The notes under the pieces are model-generated. The model did no database searches and was not told where the DNA came from. It saw only the letters and a program-made list of their open reading frames with translations. Positions 54,501 to 64,000 of a stretch of 64,000 bases of DNA are shown piece by piece (positions within the stretch are counted from its first letter, which is position 1; every line of letters starts with the position of its first letter). The stretch is from positions 13,919,037 through 13,983,036 of the forward strand of contig OZ316891.1 of assembly GCA_973895155.1 (NCBI GenBank). Direction: 5' to 3'. The position numbers and the translations under genes were made by a program. This DNA comes from Marsupella aquatica. Lineage: Eukaryota > Plantae > Marchantiophyta.

Positions 54501-56638
54501 ATGGGTAAGCAGCAATGCAATCGACCTTTGTTTTCTTTCAAGGATTAGATTACGCCTGCAGCTTTTCGTGACTTTGTCAAGATGAAATTTCCGGTTCTGC
54601 TATGCAAGATATCTGTGGCTGTTCGACCTCCTTTTGCTTCTGTCATTACGGCTGTGCTCGGAAAGGAATTTTGCGCGGTTACGGTGTAGACATTTTGGTA
54701 GTGCAACTCTGTCAGTCTTCGTTTGTTCGTCTTGAGAGAAGGTCAGTTGGTCGTTTGTGCGGTGGACGCTCTGCGGGCAAAGCTACTTCTGTCGTAGATT
54801 TTAGGAAATTGCGCGTTGGATGTGTGTGCGTCTACCTCTGAAGTCTGCAGGTAGCCTGCAGGTAGGGAGTTTGATCAAATCACTTTCTCATTGCCTCTGC
54901 GATCGCGTACTCGTCTTCAGGTATCTCGCGTGATTCCACGCACAAGAGGCGGGCTACAGGAGGAAAGAAGAAGTCATGGCGCAAGAAGAGGAAGTAAGTA
55001 GAAGCCCTTGTTTTGCCGTGTTTGATGTTGAGAGGTTTTTGCCTGGAGTGGAGAGGATGTGCCGTCCGTCGTTGGCATTCCACTGCCTTCTTCTGAAATC
55101 TTCAGTTTGTGAGGTCTATTCTGCATCCATCTTCGCCTGGGGCCTGGGTCGTCATACGTATGTTGTATAATCGTGGAGGCCTGTTCTGCATCCGTTTACC
55201 GGAGTCATTCTTAATAAATGTACCTAGAGTCTAAGAGTGTCTGTTTTTAAGGTTGATGGTTGTTAAGCTAGCTGTCCGGTCGTTTTGCTGGTAGTAAGAT
55301 GCGATGCTAGTAACGTCTTTAAGCGGTTCCTGATCGAGAAGATTATCTACTGGGCAGATACGAGTTGGGAAGGCAGTCGGCAATGACCAAGCTGTCCAGC
55401 AACAAGACTGTCCGTAGAATTCGAGTGCGAGGAGGAAATTTTAAGTTTAGGGCTCTGAGATTGGACACTGGCAATTTCTCGTGGGGTTCCGAGGCTACCA
55501 CCCGTAAGTCTAGAATTCTCGACGTCGTGTACAACTCGTCCAACAACGAGTTGGTACGAACTCAGACCTTGGTGAAGAACGCCATCATCCAGGTTGATGC
55601 AGCTCCGTTCCGTCAGTGGTACAACCAACATTACGGTGTGGACATTGGAAAGAAGAAGAAGGCCGCCGTAAAGAAGGACGAGGTATCGTTCATCAGACCT
55701 TTACTACTTGATGTGCTCTTGGTCGTGGGATGAATTTGGTTTTTTGTAACCTTGCGAGGGACACGCGTTTTGGATAGTGAAAAGGTTGTAGAATGAGTGA
55801 TCTTATCTGGAACGAGGCGCCGTGTAGAACGGTGTTGTGAATGTTCCTCTGTTTAGTCTCCACCGAAGTATGACGGCTGCTTTCCCTCATGTGAATGATA
55901 GTGGAGTAATTTTGCATAGGGCTTTTCTTTTATAAAGCGGGAACGATGATGCACGAACTAGCCCGCTCTCCTTCCGACGTGGCCATTAAGTCTCCGGCAA
56001 CCCCTGTCGTGGACTACGTACTGTGAATTTCTTTCTTATTGGCAACATGTAAGTGATTAGCTTGACGGGTGGTGTCGTCCAATATCAGGAGGGAGACGCC
56101 GCAGAGGAGGAGAAGAAGAAGAGCAACAATGTGACCAGGAAGATCGAGAAGAGGCAAGAAGGGCACAAGCTGGATGCTCATCTGGAAGATCAGTTTTCCA
56201 GTGGTAGATTGCTTGCCTGCATTTCCTCTCGACCTGGACAGTGTGGCCGTTCTGACGGGTAGGGATATGTTTCTCCTTCTACTCAGTTGCTGAAATTTTT
56301 CGTTTCCGAACTTGTGAACTAAATTGCTCCTCTTGATTTTGTCCGCGGGAACCTTAGTGTTGTATTCGTGCTCCGAGGGCATTGGAGAAGGGACTCCATT
56401 CTTTGGAACTCCACCCTCCGATGTTACAAGTCACCTTGAGCAGCAGTTCGGAACGCCTGAAGGTTTTGCTGTTCAAAGTCATTCTGGCATAAGAGTTGCA
56501 GTTTGTACTCAATGTGATTTTGCTATAAGGCTCATATTTCGCCAATGTTCTTCATGCAGTTACATCCTCGAAGGAAAAGAACTTGAGTTTTACCTGAGGA
56601 AGATCCAGAAGAAGAAGGGCAAGGGCGCAGCTGCATAA
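54501..56638 (+). CDS. RPS8: 40S ribosomal protein S8 (eS8), 216 aa, 5 exons
   Basis: Exons 54501-54504, 54921-54993, 55358-55682, 56089-56258 and 56560-56638: [32 protein letters not shown]...[23 protein letters not shown]...[36 protein letters not shown]. Confidence 0.97.
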
Positions 56639-58484
56639 GGCTCATAGATTTTCTAAATTTGAAGGTGGGCAATTGTTGGGCTAGCATTTTCAGGGATCCG
56701 CGTTTAGTTAGTTGGTCCTACAGACGACTATCACCTTTTCGTGAACCTATTCCTGCTCCACGAAGTTTTTGTGAGGCCTGTTCTTTCTTGCATAGCAGAG
56801 CTGAGTTGCGGACACCATGTTTTGTGTTGTACAACTCAATAAAGTTCGTGCATGAGTTGGATATCCTTTGTATGATTTAGTTTCCTCTTTCGTTAGGATG
56901 TTCCCGAAATAATAATTTTTATAGTTTCTGGGCGACGTCAGAGCGAGTTAAAGTTACAAATTTACTGGAATACTCCAAGATTTAGAAGTTCATTCCTCCC
57001 AAAGTTGGAATACAATGAAAGCACTGTCATAAAAGGCTACCGAATAGTCCACTTGACGGTTTCTTGGTCATTTGTCAATTGACCGTCCTATCTGATTCTT
57101 GGGCATTGACGTTTGGCTTTGTATTGAAAGTCACTCCAATGAAAGAATTCACAGGTCAGTTTAATGTCCTACTGTTTCGACAGTCATCCGGTTTCAACAC
57201 CCCTCCGTCCATTCGGTTTCAAACACATGTCATTGCACCATGCGAACGCTACACTGAGCTTATTAGGGAAAGCCATTAAGACTAGGCCATCATCATTCTT
57301 CGCTGGTCCTCTTGAGTTGGCTTATGAAGAACCATGCACCAATCCAGGTTTCCGTATGAAGGGAAATGTGAGAATACGTGACGTGTTTCCTGGTAGTTCC
57401 TTATTTCATGTCACATTGAGCTTAATTTTTGCAAATCTTTTCAAGATATTCTTCCCTATAGAGGAACTAATCAACTAACAATTGTCGCTAACCAACCCCT
57501 ATGCTGAACCACCAATTATGACAAACACCTCGTCGGAGGGGTGTCTTGTGTGGTAGACCATAGATACGGTTGATTCCACGGTAGGTGTCGAAGGGCACTT
57601 AAACCACTGAGTTTATTGTAGCAAAGTGTCAAACATTTAATTCGGATGAAAACAATGCGCAAAAATTGTGCAAAAGTATACTGAATCTAGTCACTAAGGT
57701 AATGCCACTGAAACAACTTATACATTCTCTCGAGAGTTTTCTCGACTGGACGTCCACTCTGGAACTCTCACACGGAATGGAGGCCTGGAATATGCTATTT
57801 TGGCTTCTCGAGCTCATCTTCACTGTGGAACACTCAAAATGAATGGGAGCCTCCAATATGTATACTGTACGACTAGCGGCAAAGATAACGCCACCTAAGA
57901 TTGGTCGACTTCACGTGCACGGAGTAATGCTCACACCCAATGTAAACATGGATTATATCACTTAGACGGCAAAGAGGCTGCTAAAGTTTCCTGAGTCTAG
58001 TCACTTAGGTAATTTGCGCTTGAAAAACGGGACAGATGCTCGCGAGAGAGGTTTCTTGTGAACGATGGAATGCTCACGAGATATCGAGTGCATGTGCACG
58101 GCGGAGTGCTCGCGGTAGAGCTTCCTCAATTTCATGTCCACAGAAAAAAGGTATCGTACATACCCGAAGGTGCTGGCTAAATCATTGGAAGGTCGGATTG
58201 AAGAAGTCTGAGAAGTCTAGACCCACCAAGCACACGGAGCCACGGAAGTGATGTGCTTATTTACTTATGATCAACTTGTGCAAACCTGTTGTCAGCAAAA
58301 TCTTGGCAAAATCTTTCTTGACCATGAAGAAGTTTCAGAGACTGCTTTAGTTCGTTCTTCACGCTGGTACTTGTGAGCTACTGATGCGGGAATGCCAATT
58401 TCACCCAATGCTTATGCCCGAAGGGCGCCTACCAGATCCGTAAGTGAGAGTATGGTCTGGCTTGCCTATAGTGTAAAAGTTGTA

Positions 58485-60207
58485 TCAAATGAGAACTTCC
58501 AGCCTGGGTTCAAAAAGAAAAGAGTCGAAATTGCTCCAAGGGCGGTCAACATTGACAGACATGATGCGCGGAAGAGCCGGTAATACACGCCACGAGCCGG
58601 TCACAATGTTAAAGATGATCACCTTCGATCCCTTCTGAGCGAAACCGAAGCAGATGTAATCTCCATTGCAGAGGAAGAACAGGTCATCCACTCGAATTCT
58701 CGATATTTTCTTGACTAAGTGATCAGCTATCGTCCTCAATTTCACCCACCGCAGCTTTACGAAGTCAAGCTCCCAAATGCAGATGCACTTGAGGTAGCCA
58801 GCCATATTCAAACCTCCTACCATCAACAACCTGCCGCGATTTTCAAATAGGTGGGGCAGAAGAAGATTTCTTGGCATGGGCGCCTTAATTTCGTCCCAGA
58901 ACTCACGTCCAATGTGATACAGCGAGTAGACAAGGTCACAGATCCGAAGAGAGTATCTGCTGTACGAGAGTTTACTCGAACAAGTCAAACAGAACAGAGT
59001 TCCTTGGCACAACGCAGCTGAGAGAGCCTTCTGGCTCATCCCCGCCTCTGTCAGCCAGGTTCCGCTCATTTCCCATCGATCGGTCAGTGAGTCAAAGATT
59101 TGCAGAGTTACAGGAGCAGATTCACCCTGGCAAGCATAACAGTTTACCCGGTCGATAACCAGTACCTTGAATGCACCTTCTGCTCTGGTGTTGTCCATAA
59201 CGATTCCCATTATTCCTGCGGTGGCCATCCCCTCTAGCATGCTGTCCAGGATTGGAGGCAGTACCCGCTCGGACTTGTTGATTGGGTTCATGACTAATAA
59301 AGGACGTTTGTCCACCACCGGGCTTTTGCGAAGCAACAACAGGCTGCCAGCAGCCGCAGCAACGCGGTACTCGCATTTGAGGCCATCCTGTAAGCTCAAT
59401 TTCGATGATCTCGGGAAGAAGTATGCGTACGGAACCGGTTTCCAATCATGTGTTGCTGAATCATACGCCAAATAGCCTTCAGCGACGTTCATAAATTGCA
59501 AAGGACCTTGACGGGGCACCCGAGAGCAGGCAGCTTTAAAGCAGGGATCGCTAACGATGGCGTTCCATCGCTTGCACACGCACCGGAGTCGGCAAAAGCT
59601 GCTGAGCGGAAGCCAAGCCATAATGATTCCCACTACTTCATCGGGAAGGTGTTTGCGCCACACAGTCCTATCAAGTTCTTCCCTGGGCGCGTCTCTGGAA
59701 ATATCAATTCATTGCCATGGATGACAATCAGCTTCGAATGAAGAGTTTCTTTCATACAATTGTTGCTCTCCAAGTAGAAGGGGAAGATGGAACATGGACA
59801 TTGGACCGAAAAATATGTACAAAGAAAAGTTTTCTACCCAAACATGTGTTAAAATATTCTTTGACATCGTATGAATAAACGATCAATTGCAATTTTAATA
59901 ACTGTGAATAAAGTTCGAGGTGATCATAGTGGCTACTACATGTTAACAATGCAGGTTCCGTGAAACATAACCGGAAGATGGAGAGCTTTATCTGCTTTCA
60001 AAATCCAATTAAGCGACTAACTTTCGAACGGAGGTGAACTTTTAAGAAACGTTCGGCTGGAGAATGGCACCTGGTCGACATCTTGGAGTCAGCCTTTTGT
60101 GATTCATCTATGCCTTTCGCATCACTCTCCCCTGTGCGGTCTCTTTCCAGCTCCGTTTTTCTCAACCGCATTAAGTAGCTCATGGTCGTCCCTTCAGCGC
60201 TCGGCAT
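58485..60207 (-). CDS. F-box/kelch-like repeat protein, ~448 aa, 2 exons
   Basis: The main exon 59694-58485 carries an F-box (ELDRTVWRKHLPDEVVGIIMAWLPLSSFCRLRCVCKRWN) and plant F-box-associated propeller motifs (VMNPINKSERVLPP, QIFDSLTDRWE, GRLLMVGG, FEPRL). An in-frame stop upstream forces an intron. Inferred first exon 60207-60071 (AG|GTGCCA donor, phase-compatible). Confidence 0.88.
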
Positions 60208-60901
60208 TCTTATCCAAGCAGGTGGTACTTTGGCCCTGATGAAATAGATTCTTGTGCTCCTTGACACCAACAAATATGTCCTCGACGTATAAAGAGCAAG
60301 GTTTTGAAGCACGAGTAGAAAGAAGCGGCTGACAAAGACTTCTCCCGAATTAATCAGTTCGTTGTGCTTGCATAATTATAGAGAGAATGAGCAATGCTGC
60401 ACGCGCGAGGTTCGTCCATATCCGCCGGACGACGCCAATCGGCCATTCTCGTCATGCGCGTGGGATGCTTATCTCTAGTGGTGCGTTCTTCAAAGCATAT
60501 TTCTTCATAAGCGTAACCGCGCGCCTTTCTGTCCAGAACATGAGAAGTCGCGAAGCTGAGGCAACGCAAGTCTTATTGCTTCATGAGGCCCGGGGATAGA
60601 CCAGTTGTACAAACAGTTGCACGGAACGTGTTTCTTCGCATCTCATATTCTTTGTATATACTAAAGCTTTCTCACGACAGCACTGTCACAAACAAGTTAA
60701 AGCCATTTTTAGCACTAACTTGATGTGAATAACTTGTATGTGCTTCCCAAATTTCCCGAGCACAGTGAGGGCTCTAGAAAAGAAAGTAATCTTGTATGAG
60801 TTGCTACAAAAAAACATTTATAGTCTAGATTGTTAGTTTCCTTTCAAAGGTACGCCTACAATCACAATGCACAGGGACTACCGGTAGAGACATCTTAAAG
60901 T

Positions 60902-60979
60902 GATTGAGCCCTACGAAATGAAAACGATTGAACCCTACGAAATGAAAACGATTGAACCCTACGAAATGAAATGAAAACG
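60902..60979. repeat. 24-bp tandem repeat, ~3 copies
   Basis: GATTGA(G/A)CCCTACGAAATGAAAAC repeated. Confidence 0.85.
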
Positions 60980-63303
60980 CAACGTTTGCATTATAGAATT
61001 CTCAAATCAAGATTTGCAAGTGAGTTGTAGACAAAGCAATATTCCCCACAGAAGACCAGCTCAAATTAGACTTGTAAGTATGAGATAAGCTATTGCAGCT
61101 TGCAAAGATGATAGATTGAGAGACAATCAGAAACAATCATTATTCACTCCTTTGGTGTCAGGACGTGAATGAATCAATTTTGAAGATATCATTGGCTCGC
61201 AAACGAGGGCCCCCCTTTCATTTGGCTTGGCCGGGCCTACATAGTGAGGGCTCTAGAAAAGAATTTTGACATCTCTCTGTCTATTCGAAGGGGGGAGAAA
61301 AGGGTGAAACAGGGTACGAGAAAAGGGTCAACAGAAGAGATTGCATTTGTTTCTAAACCGGTTTTCCTTATATTGTTGTCTTGCATCCTTCCCGGCGTCG
61401 GAATGTGCTCTTGTCTAATAACTTCTGCTCGGGCTTGCTGGCTTGTCTCGTCGTTGCTCGCACTATCTCTAGCCTGAGAGGTTGTTGGGAGGTTCCATCA
61501 CCTTGAGAAGCTGCTGCAAATTGTTTAGGAAAGGACCTGCTGCTCGTTGGGCAATGTCTTGTGTCAATTGCGTTCGAGATTCGAACAATGTCCGGCTCTG
61601 TCCAGCAACTCAAAGAATCCAGCCCCATGACTTAATTTTTGCACATTAGGACTATCTGCTGCGCTGACACTGGATATGGTGTAGAAAAGCATAGTGCTGG
61701 ACAACGTTCTGCTGCAAACGATTGTTTAGTCGGGGAGGGCCCTTGACCTTCTCCTCCATGACGCAGTTGAGCTTTGAAAATCTGGGCATTAAGGAGCTTC
61801 GGGGCACTGGATGGTTGCCAATGTTTGCTAGTTTACTCAAGCATTCATACTTTCGCATTCAATATCAGCAAGTAAGATTACTCGTGTTGAGTCGAGCAAT
61901 CCAAAAGTTTAGGGCTGAAAAGGGAATGGAAAACAACACTTTAGGTTTCACGCGCAGATCGGTTGAATTCGTTTGCACTAGGGAATGTACACTGTTGCTG
62001 GGACTCGATTGACTTCTGGTTTATTATTTTGGTTGTAGTTGCCCTTCCAGTCTGTTTGGTACTCCCATTCCAAGAGAGACACCCGCCGTTTCAAATGTTT
62101 GCAATTGAGCTTTTTCTCCTTCTAATTCATCTCTGGTAAAATCAACTCTTTGAGATTTTGATCAAGAGAAAAGCTTAAACATACTCATAAAGTACAGAGA
62201 TGGAAATTGATTCGAGCTCCAGACCAAACTAAAGTGAGAATGCACGGCTCAACATCAAGCTCGATTATTGAATCTCAGCTGGAAATTCCCATGTCCTGGT
62301 TTACCCTGTGTAATTTGTTCATTTCTTGTTATTCTCTGTGCTTCCCGTTTCGATCCAATTTTCTGCTCACGTCTGTCTTGGAAGACAGTTTGCAATAGAT
62401 TAAGGATGACTGAAATGATTTGCGTCGAAAATGGCACAGAGGCTACAGTTACGTGTGACAAACTTATCTATCTCGGTCATCTATTTAAGAATCGAGACAC
62501 CGAGTTCCTTGCCTAAATTGAATACTCACCACGAATGGGGCTCAGACAGATAAATCAAAGTGAACAAAATCACAGAGATGTTCCAACATAATTCCAACCA
62601 CACATAGGACTATGTGTGACAATTCTATTGTGCAGAGCACAGTGGTGGAAACAATCACAATGCTGGTGGAGTTAAAGGGCACAAGTGCAAGCTGGAAGAT
62701 AGACATGCCGTGTGACCAGAAACGTAGTTGGGCGGAAAGCGTGGAGAAGTTGTGTGTTCTTGGGAACTTGAGGACTCACACGAGGATCCCCATCGTTGGA
62801 AAATCTCACCTGAGCTATAGGACACGTTTGCTGGTGGTTTTTGTGACTATTCAAGACTCACGTGGTAAACTGCACTTGATGAAAAGGTGTGGTTCTACTT
62901 GATGAAAAATATATATCACTGTGCAAGATATAACTTCTTACGGAGGAAATTGAATCTCACATGCATTGCTGTGGAAAAGTTTTTCACGAAGTACTGTCTC
63001 ATGAACAGTTGCTACACATTTTGATTCATACAAAGTTTTATATATATCAGTGCCAAAAAGTGCCAAAACGGGAGACAGTATCTCAAAGCAAGAGACCCAC
63101 TAAAGTGGAGAAGCCAAGGGGAAAGACCCAGGACGACCAAAGAGCCAAAGCCCAAGAGCACCCAGTGATGGCAAAAGAACCACAAGCCAACTGTTAGCGC
63201 CAAACTGAAAAGCCTAGTACAACTCTTAAATTTCAAATTGTCGCAAGTAGTCAGTTTTGAACTCACTTGGGTCGCAGCAGAGGCAACTTGTGAAAGCATA
63301 ATG

Positions 63304-63488
63304 TGTTGTCTCTTGCTCACAGTGATATATGTATATTTTTAACTTGGACAAAATGCAATCTGAAGAGTTAGGTTGTCGCTTGGACGGTGATATAAATTTT
63401 AACTTGGACAAAATGCAATCTGAAGAGTTATGTTGTCTCTTGCAAGGTGATATATTTGCTGAACTTGAACAAATGCAATCTGAAGAGT
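63304..63488. repeat. ~60-bp tandem repeat, 3 diverged copies
   Basis: AAATGCAATCTGAAGAGT ends at 63368, 63428 and 63488. Confidence 0.85.
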
Positions 63489-64000
63489 GATTTAGTAAGT
63501 GGTAAAGAGTGATTTTGAAATAGTGAATAATGTAAAGTGTGATTTTAGTTCAGAGTGATAAAAGAGTGTTTTTTAATTTAAAAGTACCTCAAAACAACTG
63601 TGGAACAGGAAAACTTGATTGTATTGCTCAAACATCCCACACATTGAGGGGGAAAATATAGACACAAATAGTTGGTAATCTTGAGATGAGATCAAAAAGG
63701 TGATTTTGAACTCAAAGGTGACTAAAAATGCTCATGGAAACAGAGAAACTTAATTGTAAATTTTTAAACACCCCACAAATGGAGAGGGATAAATATAGCA
63801 CACATATTACTACAAAATCCTTGGGTTGTGCAGGAACAAGATGTGTGGCATGATTGGGGAATTACAAGGCCACAATTCGATGAGATGGAAAAAGCACACT
63901 TAAGACTAAATGGAGCACGTTCTAATCTTTTTAGTGGGGGCACAGAACACATTTATGTACAGCATCGTTGGGTGGACTACTGTAGCATTACATCTCATTG

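Noticed and set aside
55020-55100. C/D snoRNA candidate in RPS8 intron 2
   Set aside because: No proper RUGAUGA box, and only ~8 nt of rRNA-like complementarity before CTGA.
61244-62902. Several 60-100 aa ORFs as a possible additional gene
   Set aside because: No recognisable domain, and I could not build a phase-consistent exon chain.
60902-63488. Short tandem arrays as CRISPR-like repeats
   Set aside because: No unique spacers, no cas genes, eukaryotic context.

Overview
Eukaryotic, intron-rich land-plant nuclear DNA. The gene set, GT-AG introns and TE-rich intergenic blocks suggest a bryophyte/liverwort, but that is inference only. Seven spliced or intact protein-coding genes were reconstructed by hand: an NPSN-type plant SNARE (5' part only, running off the window start), a ~170-aa 8-exon conserved uncharacterised protein that the ORF track almost misses, a chalcone-isomerase-fold fatty-acid-binding protein (FAP1-like), ELC/VPS23 (ESCRT-I), an alpha-tubulin, RPS8 and an F-box/kelch-like protein. 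Between the genes lie a decayed LINE, a tRNA-derived SINE with target-site duplication (TSD), a MULE-type MITE, an LRR-gene relic and a 45.4-53.9 kb nest of Ty3/gypsy remnants. The most striking signal is that this gypsy family has non-canonical LTR termini (5'-AGT...ACT-3' instead of TG...CA). This is supported by three LTR starts, two LTR ends, the spacing to the primer-binding site (PBS) and a perfect 5-bp TSD of a solo LTR inserted into an older LTR of the same family. No CRISPR array, rRNA or intact tRNA gene was seen.
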